Positions 21,202 to 30,607 of a stretch of 64,000 nucleotides of DNA are shown here, piece by piece. The stretch's first letter is position 1, and every line of letters starts with the position of its first letter. The translations under genes were made by a program, and so were the position numbers. Where the stretch lies: positions 116,392 to 180,391 of the forward strand of contig OY969569.1 in NCBI GenBank assembly GCA_963701185.1, read 5' to 3'. Origin of the DNA: Candidatus Gottesmanbacteria bacterium. GTDB lineage: Bacteria > Patescibacteriota > Microgenomatia > UBA10105 > UBA927. The notes beneath the pieces were generated by a model. That model saw only the letters and a list, made by a program, of their open reading frames with translations. It was not told the DNA's origin and did no database searches.

Positions 21202-23390
21202 TGAAACATCTGCTGCGGACCATCCTTTTTCCGGTTCTTCTCATCGCCATCTGTTTGGGATTTTTTTATCAGACGCTGCGTTTCGGACTGCTGCCGGTTC
21301 CGACCGATACGCTTATCGGTTTATACCATCCGTGGCTTGATCAGGCGGCAAAAACAAACCCTTCGGGAGTTCCGTTCAAAAATTTTCTTATTACGGATCC
21401 CATCCGTCAGCAGATTCCGTGGAGAAAAATAGTTGTTGATGATCTGAAAAAAGGAGTGCTTCCTTCATGGAATCCGTATAATTTTTCAGGGACTCCGCTC
21501 TCGGCCAATATCCAGGCAGGCGCGTGGTACCCGGCCAATATTTTCTTTTTGTTCATGCCTTTTTATGCCGCGTGGACTGTCCTTATTATTATCCAGCCGG
21601 TTTTAGCAGCATTATTCCTGTATTTTTATGTACGGAACAAGAAAATTCTTTCTCCCGTGGCCGTATATGCCGGTGTCGTGTGGGCGTTTTGCGGTTTTAA
21701 CATCGCGTGGCTCACGTGGGGAACGATTGTCCAAACCGCCCTGTGGCTGCCGCTCATACTTCTTTCCATTGATAAGATCCAAGATGCAGACAGCACAAGG
21801 ACAAAAATATATTGGTCTGTAGCACTTGCTTGGTCTTGCGCGTTTGCACTTTTTGCCGGTCACGCACAAGTCGCCCTATACATTTTTATGTTTTCCGGCG
21901 TCTACGCGCTGAGAAAAATATCATGGTGGGTTATAGCAGCCGCGGCGGGGGCGGTTGTTATCTCATCTGTCCAATGGCTGCCGATGGTTCGTTTTATCTC
22001 TCACAGTTCGCGCATTACCGACGCGGCGGCCTGGCTCAAAGACGGCTGGTTTTTACCCTGGCAGAATCTTATCCAATTTATCGCCCCGGACTTTTTCGGG
22101 AACCCGGCCACACTCAACTATCGGGGGGTTTGGAACTACGGGGAATTTATCGGGTATATCGGTATTCTCCCGTTACTCTTTGCGCTGTTTGCCGTCGTCG
22201 CCCGCCGCGACCGGTTAACGCGGTTTTTTGCCGTGGCTGCGGGAATCGTTTTCCTTTTTTTGCTTCCGACTCCGATTGCGCGCCTTCCGTATCAAACCCG
22301 CTTCCCTGTCATTTCATCATTACAGCCGACAAGGCTTATGGTGCTTGTTGATATGTGTCTTGCTATGCTGGCAGCCCTCGGACTGGATGCATATGTCAGG
22401 AAGCCCGATAAGAAAATATTCTACATTTGTGGAGTGCTCATTCTAATATTTTTTGTGCTGTGGGGATATGCAGCAAACGCACATCTGGCGGTCTCAAAAA
22501 ATAATCTTATTTTACCGGGCGTACTTCTTGCGGCTAGCATTGGAGTCCTTTTACTTAAACGATGGAAATATGTGATGGTAGCCGCCGCGGTCCTACTCAC
22601 TGTGTTTGACCTGTTCCGTTTCGGATGGAAGTTTACGCCGTTTATCCCTGCTTCGTATTTCTTCCCGGAAACACGGGCGACGTCATTTCTTCAGAGTCAG
22701 CAAAAGCCGTTCCGCGTGATGAGTCTGGATAACCGGATCTTTCCTCCGAATGTCGGGGCGTACTATGGCATCGAATCGATCGAAGGGTATGACCCTATTT
22801 ACGACGCGCGGTATGAAGAATTCATGGCGGCACTCAACCGCCGGGAACCGAATATCACGCCGCCCTTCGGTTTCAACCGCATCATTACGTCACCCACTAT
22901 AGATTCGCCGTTATTTCCGCTTCTGAATGTCACATATATTTTATCCTTCGAAAATCTCAAAACCCCGGACCTGGAATTTGTCTATGAGGAAGGGCAGACG
23001 AAAATTTACAGGTTCCGGAAGGCATTGCCGCGGATATATCCTGTCGAATCAATCGTGCGCGCGGATTCCAAACAAAAAGCCATGGATATGCTCTACGGCA
23101 AATTCTTCAATTCAGCCAAACAGGCGGTCGTTGAAGGGGATCTGCAGGTTTCTCAAGCCCCTGCCGCACAGGATGATCATATTGATATCTTGGAAGAGTC
23201 CGGAGGGCAGATACGGGCAATTTCATCACTGGAAAACGGTCATTTTGTTGTTATCGCCAACGTCTATGATTCCGGATGGAAGGCGTATATTGACTCAAAA
23301 CCGTCTCCTGTATACCGGACGAATTATGTGTTCCAGGGAATATACGTACCAAAGGGCGATCATACGATTTTATTAAAGTTTGAACGGTAG
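21198..23390 (+). CDS. YfhO-family GT-C membrane glycosyltransferase
   Basis: SWNPYNFSGTPL, IAPDFFGNPATLNY. C-terminal YDSGWKAYIDSKPSPVYRTNYVFQGIYVPKGDHTILLKF. Confidence 0.75.
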   Translation: MMKHLLRTILFPVLLIAICLGFFYQTLRFGLLPVPTDTLIGLYHPWLDQAAKTNPSGVPFKNFLITDPIRQQIPWRKIVVDDLKKGVLPSWNPYNFSGTPLSANIQAGAWYPANIFFLFMPFYAAWTVLIIIQPVLAALFLYFYVRNKKILSPVAVYAGVVWAFCGFNIAWLTWGTIVQTALWLPLILLSIDKIQDADSTRTKIYWSVALAWSCAFALFAGHAQVALYIFMFSGVYALRKISWWVIAAAAGAVVISSVQWLPMVRFISHSSRITDAAAWLKDGWFLPWQNLIQFIAPDFFGNPATLNYRGVWNYGEFIGYIGILPLLFALFAVVARRDRLTRFFAVAAGIVFLFLLPTPIARLPYQTRFPVISSLQPTRLMVLVDMCLAMLAALGLDAYVRKPDKKIFYICGVLILIFFVLWGYAANAHLAVSKNNLILPGVLLAASIGVLLLKRWKYVMVAAAVLLTVFDLFRFGWKFTPFIPASYFFPETRATSFLQSQQKPFRVMSLDNRIFPPNVGAYYGIESIEGYDPIYDARYEEFMAALNRREPNITPPFGFNRIITSPTIDSPLFPLLNVTYILSFENLKTPDLEFVYEEGQTKIYRFRKALPRIYPVESIVRADSKQKAMDMLYGKFFNSAKQAVVEGDLQVSQAPAAQDDHIDILEESGGQIRAISSLENGHFVVIANVYDSGWKAYIDSKPSPVYRTNYVFQGIYVPKGDHTILLKFER

Positions 23391-24641
23391 CGGCTTGTGC
23401 CGTATGTAGGAATAGTAAAAATCAAGGTACGATTTGGGATCTCCTTCGGTAAAATTAATCGGCTGTCCCCGCTCCACGCTTTCCAGGACTGTTTTTCGGT
23501 CTTTGATGAGGTTGCCCGGCTGTGTCGAAAAAAATATCTGAATATTTACGGCGGCAAAGTATAGCCAGAATATGCCGATCGCCGCCCGGAGTATAATTTT
23601 TTTCGTTTCCCATATCCAATAGGTAAGATAAGCGAGTAGGATGACGGCGAGATACAGCTGGATATTAAAATAATAATCAGTTATTTCCCCGCTATACGTC
23701 GTAAATACGATCCAGGGGACCAAAATCCACAGCGCGACAAGGTAAAAAAGCTTTAGTGTGCCGGACTTTTTTTGTTTTTGCCAATAGGCGATGAAAAAAA
23801 GCGGGACATAGAAAAACACCGCACTGCGCAGCACCGCGTAGGGTTTCTCCAGAATCGACTGGAATTTAATAAACGCATCGTGGGACAGCTGCAGCATGCG
23901 CCGGAGGTGAAATCCGTGGTAGTAGGACTGAAAATAGCCGGTATAATTCCCGATGCTTTTTTGATTTTTTGCCTGCAGATAATAGAGTATCTGAGGGATC
24001 ATAAAAATGAAAAAGACAGGAATCGCAATAAGGACGTACTTCCATATTTTCTTATTGAACGGAACCAGTGGCAGCGAGAATAAAATAATAATGGGATAGA
24101 AAATCGCGGTAAAGTGAATGTGAAAGGATAGGCCGACGGCAACAGTCAAATAGATGATATATTTTGCGTCGCCGGTCATCACTTTATACAGGAAATAGAA
24201 AATAAGAAGTCCCACGGGTGCGATAAAATTGACGGGCCACTGCATCCGTTCAGCGTTAATGATGAAGGATGAAAACGTATAGATAAAGCAGGAAATGAGG
24301 GCGACCTTTTCATTGAATATCCGGCGTGAAACACCATAGATGACCCAGAAACTGAAGAGCGCGGTGACTCCGGCAAGGATAGGGGAGGCAATCGGGTCGA
24401 GCCGTGTAAAGAAATAAAATACTGCAGCAAGATAATAATAGAGCGGCCCTATATAGAGTCCGCTGTTTTGTTTGGCGACCATTCCCAAAAGCGGATACGT
24501 ATGACTGATAAGGATATGCATGGATGCCCATGCGTTATCTACCTGATCCCAGCCGAATGATGCCCATTTTTCTAAATTATAAAACATGAAAAAAGCATGG
24601 ACGAGGAATAGTACGGTGATGAAAAGGAAATGCCGCTTCAT
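23373..24641 (-). CDS. GT-C fold glycosyltransferase ('F.W/GDQ..D' subfamily, paralogue of 5031 and 40080)
   Basis: Start taken at MKRHFLFITVL (cat at 24639-24641). FGWDQVDNAW and GPLYYYLAAVFYFF blocks match 40080 (FGFDQGRDY, GPGYYYLIAL). The longer ORF to 24779 would overlap the divergent GT2. Confidence 0.6.
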   Translation of the reverse strand: MKRHFLFITVLFLVHAFFMFYNLEKWASFGWDQVDNAWASMHILISHTYPLLGMVAKQNSGLYIGPLYYYLAAVFYFFTRLDPIASPILAGVTALFSFWVIYGVSRRIFNEKVALISCFIYTFSSFIINAERMQWPVNFIAPVGLLIFYFLYKVMTGDAKYIIYLTVAVGLSFHIHFTAIFYPIIILFSLPLVPFNKKIWKYVLIAIPVFFIFMIPQILYYLQAKNQKSIGNYTGYFQSYYHGFHLRRMLQLSHDAFIKFQSILEKPYAVLRSAVFFYVPLFFIAYWQKQKKSGTLKLFYLVALWILVPWIVFTTYSGEITDYYFNIQLYLAVILLAYLTYWIWETKKIILRAAIGIFWLYFAAVNIQIFFSTQPGNLIKDRKTVLESVERGQPINFTEGDPKSYLDFYYSYIRHKPLPFKL

Positions 24642-24660
24642 ATACGTTATACTAACATAT

Positions 24661-25566
24661 ATGTCTGTCTCGATTGTTATACCCAACTGGAATGGCGTAT
24701 ACCTCATGAGGAAGCATTTACAAAACGTGCTCCGCGGCGCCCCGGACGCGGAAATTATCGTTGCGGATGATATGTCCACGGACGGTTCTGCCGATTATCT
24801 TAAAAAAAACTTTCCGGAGGTTATCGTAGTCGCGCGCCGCAACCATGAGGGCTTTGCCTCAAATGTTAATGCGGGAGTATCGCGTGCAACCGGGGATATC
24901 GTTGTGCTTTTGAATACCGATGTTGAACCGGAACGCGCTTTTCTGTCCCCGCTTCTTGCCCGTTTTTCAGACCCGGATGTTTTTGCCGTGGGATGTTTGG
25001 AAAAGAGTGCTGAATCCGGAAAAACCATTTTGCGCGGCAGGGGGATAGCGCGATGGGAGAAGGGATATTACATCCATGCGCGCGGTGAGGTAGACCGCCC
25101 GACAACGGCATGGGTGTCCGGCGGCAGCGGCGCATTCAGAAGGTCCATGTGGAATCAACTCGGAGGCATGGACACACTCTATAATCCGTTTTATTGGGAG
25201 GATATAGATCTGTCATACCGGGCGCGGAAAGCAGGGTGGAAAACACTGTTTGAGCCCAAAAGCGTTGTCCGTCATTATCACGAGGCAGGGAAAATCAAAC
25301 GGGAATTTAATGCGAAATACGTCAAAAAGATCGCATACCGTAATCAATTTATCTTTATCTGGAAAAATGTGACGGATATGAATATTCTTCTGGCCCACGC
25401 GCTTTGGACGCCTATCAGAATCCTGCAGGCATTGCTGCGCGGCGACACTGGTATGATACAGGGATATCTTTTGGCTTTATGTATATTACCGGCTATTTTG
25501 GGACATAGAAGGACTCAGCGGAAGTTGTTGCAGGTTCGGGATTCCCGGCTGGGACTAATGCAATGA
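24661..25566 (+). CDS. GT2 glycosyltransferase
   Basis: SIVIPNWNGVYLM...EIIVADDMSTDGS...LLNTDVEP. Alternative in-frame starts at 24586 and 24619 would overlap the minus-strand gene. Confidence 0.8.
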   Translation: MSVSIVIPNWNGVYLMRKHLQNVLRGAPDAEIIVADDMSTDGSADYLKKNFPEVIVVARRNHEGFASNVNAGVSRATGDIVVLLNTDVEPERAFLSPLLARFSDPDVFAVGCLEKSAESGKTILRGRGIARWEKGYYIHARGEVDRPTTAWVSGGSGAFRRSMWNQLGGMDTLYNPFYWEDIDLSYRARKAGWKTLFEPKSVVRHYHEAGKIKREFNAKYVKKIAYRNQFIFIWKNVTDMNILLAHALWTPIRILQALLRGDTGMIQGYLLALCILPAILGHRRTQRKLLQVRDSRLGLMQ

Positions 25567-27170
25567 GGCGATATATTTGGATTTTTTTGATCGTACTGCT
25601 TGCCGGCTTTTTGCGGTTGTATCTGTTGACGTCCGTACCTCCCGCGCTCAATTCGGACGAAGTCGCCATAGGATATAACGCGTACTCCATACTCAAGACC
25701 GGCCGTGACGAATACGGCATGCGATACCCGCTGACCTTCCGGTCATTTGATGACTATAAAATGCCGGTCTACGTTTACATGGTGGCAGGAAGCATCAAAC
25801 TGTTCGGATATAATGATTTTGCCGTCCGGTTTCCCTCTGCATTATTCGGAACTATCACTGTGTTTCTGACGTATGCCCTTGCAAAACAATTACTGAAACG
25901 CAGGGACATTGCCCTTGTTGCCGCATTTTTACTTGCTCTATCACCGTGGTCTCTGCAGTTTTCCCGGTCCGGATATGAGGCAAATGTTGCGGTCTTTTTT
26001 ATCGTCTTAGGAATGTGTTGTTTTATGAAAGGGCTCACGAAGGGATGGTTTCTTGTCCTTGCATCATTGTCGTTGTCTCTGTCAATATGGACGTATTTAA
26101 CGCCGCGGATTTTTGTGCCGCTTCTGTGCGTCGGACTCGCCGTCATATACCGGAAAGAATTATGGAAACAAAAGACTGCTGTCGTCATCAGTCTTATTTG
26201 TGGTTTTATCATTCTTCTGCCCGTTTTGAGATTGTCTTTGTCCCCCGAGGGGCAGATGCGTGCGGCGGGAGTGAGCGCGTTCGGGAATCCTGACGACATA
26301 AAGAAATCCGCTGCCCGCGCGGTGCGTGACGAAGTGCAGGGGCGAAAAATATTTACTATTTTTGATAACCGAAGAATTACGTATGCCGTAACATTTCTCC
26401 GCGGATATTTCGGGCACTTCGATCCGACCTTTTTGTTTTTAGATAAGTCGATTAACAAATACCGGGCTCCGGATGTAGGACTCTTGTATCTCTTTGAACT
26501 CCCCTTACTTTTGATCGGAGCGTACATGCTGGTGCGCAAATGGTCACAGAGTTCCGCGGTCCTGTTCTGGTGGATACTCGTTTCTCCCGTTGCGGCGGCA
26601 TTTACGCCTCCTCCTCCCCATCCGGTACGGTCTTTGGTTTTTCTGCCTGTATTTCAGATACTATCCGCTCTTGGTTTTATCACCCTGGCGCAGGCAGTTA
26701 TGAAAAAGAAGACAGTTGGCCGTTATATAGTAACGGTGCTTATCGGTGTGGGCATCCTGGCAAATATTGCGTATTATTTCCACCAATATTATCTTGTGCT
26801 TCCTGTCGAGGATGCGCGGGATTGGTATATGGGAAGGCGGCAGATGACGGAAAAAATTAATGCCATGAAAAACGGGTACGATACCGTGTATGTTTCAAAA
26901 TCCCTGGATTTTCCTTACATTTTTTATCTCTATTACAGCGCTGTTGATCCTCTGATATACCAAAAGCAAGGCGGGACAGTGTCCGGCGGATATGAGGAGA
27001 ACCGCAATCACGTAGGAAATATCAAGTTCAGGTCCGTTGACACATCGCTGCAGCAATCGGGCGGCAAAATTCTGTTTGTCGGTTTACCGACTGAAGTATT
27101 CGGCACCTCGAAGGTTATGGATACCGTATACTATCCTGACGGAACTCCTGCGCTGACGTTTTTCCGTTAG
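25563..27170 (+). CDS. GT-C fold glycosyltransferase (PMT/ArnT-like, 'DEx.IGYNAYS..TGRDE.G' subfamily)
   Basis: LNSDEVAIGYNAYSILKTGRDEYG, LALSPWSLQFSRSGYEAN. About 12 TM helices. Confidence 0.7.
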   Translation: MRRYIWIFLIVLLAGFLRLYLLTSVPPALNSDEVAIGYNAYSILKTGRDEYGMRYPLTFRSFDDYKMPVYVYMVAGSIKLFGYNDFAVRFPSALFGTITVFLTYALAKQLLKRRDIALVAAFLLALSPWSLQFSRSGYEANVAVFFIVLGMCCFMKGLTKGWFLVLASLSLSLSIWTYLTPRIFVPLLCVGLAVIYRKELWKQKTAVVISLICGFIILLPVLRLSLSPEGQMRAAGVSAFGNPDDIKKSAARAVRDEVQGRKIFTIFDNRRITYAVTFLRGYFGHFDPTFLFLDKSINKYRAPDVGLLYLFELPLLLIGAYMLVRKWSQSSAVLFWWILVSPVAAAFTPPPPHPVRSLVFLPVFQILSALGFITLAQAVMKKKTVGRYIVTVLIGVGILANIAYYFHQYYLVLPVEDARDWYMGRRQMTEKINAMKNGYDTVYVSKSLDFPYIFYLYYSAVDPLIYQKQGGTVSGGYEENRNHVGNIKFRSVDTSLQQSGGKILFVGLPTEVFGTSKVMDTVYYPDGTPALTFFR

Positions 27171-28886
27171 TTATCTGCTTATATAGACCGTACAGAAACG
27201 CAGCTCCGGAAGCCGTTCAACAGAAAGATCCGTTACCGTTATTCCTGTCGGATACGCATTGAGTTCCCGGCGGCTGCACACGGGATCATTCACGATCGTA
27301 TAGAGTATGCCGCCGTCCGTCAGTTTTGAGATATATGTATTCACGCCGGCAGGCTTTATGTTGCATGTTGCATCGTATATGGACACTTCTCCCTGAGGTG
27401 CCTGCTTTTTCGCATTGCAGTCGGTAAAGTGGATACCGTTGAAAGAGAATGGCAGCCGTGTATCGGCGCGCCTAATATCCGTCATCGTTTGACGATCCAT
27501 GACGTTTGAATAAAAAAGATATTTTGTAAAGAAATCACCGTTCCGTGTAGAGTAGATGGTTATCGGGATATTTTTATTTTTTGCGAGCGTGAGATATCTG
27601 GCGAGTATCCGCATCGGAAAGTCGGCAGACCCGGCCAGCGGATACTGGAAAAAATACACAAAGGCAAAATTGGCGATGTTGAGAGTATAGACGAGGACGG
27701 CAATTCCTAAAGCGATTGAGCGTGATTTCCCTTTGAGAGTGTCTATACAGGCTGCGATGCCGGCGCCGGTCATAAGAATGAGGAACGGAAATATAAGTGT
27801 GAGGTGGCCGGAAAAGTCTCCCTGCGTCACATGTAACAGATGCGGAAGCGTTCCGATCAGGATGAAGCCCGTCAGGATAAAAAAATATGTACGTTTCTTA
27901 CAATAAACAGCCAGTGCTCCCAAAATGATGAATAGAAAATCCGCATAATAAAAGAAACTCTGCCTTGCCGGTAAGAAAAACTGATCGCCCTCAAGAAACA
28001 TGTATGAGGGGGAAAAAATGCGGAATAATTTAGTAAAAAGTATTTGGGTATACACGGTATATTTATTGACAAAAAGGGACAGGAGCGGCGATTGAATAAA
28101 ACTTTTGCGGATTTCATTCACGTGAGACGCGACAACCGGCGAAGACGGCAATAGTAATTCCGCAATTCTGCCGCCGGCCGGTGATGCTTTTAGCAGCAGG
28201 AGATATCCGGCCGTTAATACAGTACAGGATAATATAAGTACGCCGTATGGTTTGAAGGAATTGTGTTTCCCGTTCCGATAGGTGAGGGCGACCGTCAGAA
28301 TGACAAACGGAATAAAAATGAGTTTTGTTCCGATATACGAATAAAATGCGAGCGCCAGCGGAATAAACGACCAGAGTATGTTCCACGATTTCGCCGATAA
28401 CAGAACCCAGAGTGCCAATATATAAAAGAAGGTTGCGGGAGTGGATTCATATCCGGTTCTTCCCATGACAACAAACCATGGATTTACTGCTGCAATCAAA
28501 CCTGTTATCAGCCCCGCAGTACGGCCGAATAATTTCCGGGCAATATCATACAAAAGGATTACGATTCCGATGCTCAATAGTGCAAACGGCAGTTTGGTAA
28601 GAAATAGTGAAAAGGGGAACGGGCCGGAAAAAGGAAGATGGAGAAAATACGGGAGTTCTGCCTGTTGTTCATTCGGCGGATAGCGGAAGAGAAAGATGGA
28701 CAGCGGATTCCATGTGCCGGTTATGTCATGTCCGGTCAGCCATATGGATTTAGCCGTCAGCGCATAATGAAGTTCGTCGCCGCTTATTGCCGTAGGTATC
28801 CGGTCTACATAGACGAATCTGAAAATTACGGAAAGAAGTACAATTCCTATGATCGGAATATATTGCCTTACTGTAGGCCTTTGCAT
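27171..28886 (-). CDS. GT-C fold glycosyltransferase (PMT/ArnT-like)
   Basis: SGDELHYALTAKSIWLTGHDITG, AAVNPWFVVMGRTGYEST. The stop abuts the stop of the convergent plus gene with 0 nt between them. Confidence 0.65.
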   Translation of the reverse strand: MQRPTVRQYIPIIGIVLLSVIFRFVYVDRIPTAISGDELHYALTAKSIWLTGHDITGTWNPLSIFLFRYPPNEQQAELPYFLHLPFSGPFPFSLFLTKLPFALLSIGIVILLYDIARKLFGRTAGLITGLIAAVNPWFVVMGRTGYESTPATFFYILALWVLLSAKSWNILWSFIPLALAFYSYIGTKLIFIPFVILTVALTYRNGKHNSFKPYGVLILSCTVLTAGYLLLLKASPAGGRIAELLLPSSPVVASHVNEIRKSFIQSPLLSLFVNKYTVYTQILFTKLFRIFSPSYMFLEGDQFFLPARQSFFYYADFLFIILGALAVYCKKRTYFFILTGFILIGTLPHLLHVTQGDFSGHLTLIFPFLILMTGAGIAACIDTLKGKSRSIALGIAVLVYTLNIANFAFVYFFQYPLAGSADFPMRILARYLTLAKNKNIPITIYSTRNGDFFTKYLFYSNVMDRQTMTDIRRADTRLPFSFNGIHFTDCNAKKQAPQGEVSIYDATCNIKPAGVNTYISKLTDGGILYTIVNDPVCSRRELNAYPTGITVTDLSVERLPELRFCTVYISR

Positions 28887-28921
28887 ATTTCTATTATATA
28901 ATACATGTCAGACGGATTTAT

Positions 28922-30607
28922 ATGATGCGGCTTCGAATATCAAAATCGCTGATCATACTTTTTATTATTTTTGCCTTGGGGGCGACAGTAAGATTTGCGG
29001 GATTAGGAAATAATCCCGTCGGTATTATCTCCGATGAGGCGGATGCAGGCTATGATGCGTACTCCCTGCTGGTAACCGGGAAGGATCAATGGGCCCAATC
29101 ATGGCCGGTTACCTCGTTTCGTGGTTTTGGCGACTGGCGCCTGCCGGGCTATACGTACCTATCCCTCGGGCCGGTTGCTGCCTTCGGTTTGACACCGTTT
29201 GCCGTACGGTTCTCCTCGGCACTGTTCGGATCGCTGACTATTATTGCGGTGTTTTTTTTCGTGAAGGAACTGTTTGCCCGTTCAGGGGAGACGCTTCCTT
29301 TGTTTTCCGCATTTTTTCTTGCTATCTCCCCGTGGCATATCGGCATGAGCAGGATCGGACTTGAAGAAACAACATCCGTGTTTTTTGTGACCGCCGGCAT
29401 ATGGGCTCTTCTTCGCGGAAGGATGAACGGCAGGGGAATTATCGCAGGGGCAATTCTCCTCGGGATAAGTCTGTACATATATACGGCAAACATTGTGCTT
29501 GTTCCGCTGCTGATTGCACTGGCCGTATATCTTTTCAGAAACGCGTACAAACAATTCCTCAGGCAGATCGTTATCGGGATTGTGTGTTTTATGGTCCTGT
29601 TAGTCGGATTATTGATATCTGCCGGGACCAGTGCCGCCGCAACCCGCACCAGACAGGTTAATTTTACGAATAACCCGACTCTCATAGATACGGTAAATGA
29701 AAAGCAGGGTGCATGCGGGCAAACGCTTCCCCGCGGCGTGTGCCGTCTGATTTTTAATAAGTACAGCGCGTACGGCACAAAATTCATTACGAACTATTTT
29801 AATCATTACTCTCCTAATTTCTTGGCCATATACGGGACAAGTACGCAATTTTCCATACTGCCCGAGCGGGGACTACTGTATCTTTTTGACTATCCGCTTT
29901 TGATTATTGCGCTCATCGGTCTATTTCTTTCTATATCTCCGGCCGGATTATTCCTGATCGGATGGCTGCTTTTTTCTGCAATCCCGGATAGTTTGACGTC
30001 GGACGGACAATTCGGAAGATTTTTCGTTTCGTATCCCGTCTGGCCGATACTGATTGCGATCGGCGTTACGTCAGCGTTCTCGCGCGTCAGGCATAAGAAA
30101 TTATTTTTATCATTATTAGTGTTTGGTTTTTTGATTGCGGCAGGGAGTTTTATTGTTGAATATTGGACGTTTTTTCCGTACCGCTATTCGCGATACTCCC
30201 ATTTCGGTTATCAGGAGTTGGTGCAAAAAATCCAAACGGATCTACACGACTATGATCGGATCGTCGTATCGAGCAGAGTAAACGATTCGAAGCAATACAT
30301 TTACTATCTTTTTTATACCCGGTACGATCCCGCGGCTTTTCAGGCAGGCAAAGATGTGGAAAAGGTCATTGAGTCAGACGGTTGGGTCCGGGTAAAACGT
30401 ATTGGCTCGCTGGAGTTCCTTCCTGCGTTACCCGGTCATGACGAAATTATCAATGAACATATACTTCTTATCGGCGCGCCGTCGGAATTTCCGAAAGCCA
30501 TTCCCGGCGTGATTCCTGCCGCACCCGTTCCGGTTGAATTTACGGTGAAAGATAAAGCAGGAAATATTCTGTTTGAGGGCGTGGACTCATCTAAACTTTA
30601 TCTATGA
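28922..30607 (+). CDS. GT-C fold glycosyltransferase (PMT/ArnT-like)
   Basis: IISDEADAGYDAYSLLVTGKDQWAQ, LAISPWHIGMSRIGLEET. TATAAT about 20 nt upstream in the 35-nt divergent gap. Confidence 0.7.
   Translation: MMRLRISKSLIILFIIFALGATVRFAGLGNNPVGIISDEADAGYDAYSLLVTGKDQWAQSWPVTSFRGFGDWRLPGYTYLSLGPVAAFGLTPFAVRFSSALFGSLTIIAVFFFVKELFARSGETLPLFSAFFLAISPWHIGMSRIGLEETTSVFFVTAGIWALLRGRMNGRGIIAGAILLGISLYIYTANIVLVPLLIALAVYLFRNAYKQFLRQIVIGIVCFMVLLVGLLISAGTSAAATRTRQVNFTNNPTLIDTVNEKQGACGQTLPRGVCRLIFNKYSAYGTKFITNYFNHYSPNFLAIYGTSTQFSILPERGLLYLFDYPLLIIALIGLFLSISPAGLFLIGWLLFSAIPDSLTSDGQFGRFFVSYPVWPILIAIGVTSAFSRVRHKKLFLSLLVFGFLIAAGSFIVEYWTFFPYRYSRYSHFGYQELVQKIQTDLHDYDRIVVSSRVNDSKQYIYYLFYTRYDPAAFQAGKDVEKVIESDGWVRVKRIGSLEFLPALPGHDEIINEHILLIGAPSEFPKAIPGVIPAAPVPVEFTVKDKAGNILFEGVDSSKLYL

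Noticed and set aside
24619-24641. Apparent palindrome ATGAA...TTCAT spanning the divergent starts
   Set aside because: The symmetry is limited to the terminal ATG/CAT pairs forced by the two start codons. The internal bases do not pair.
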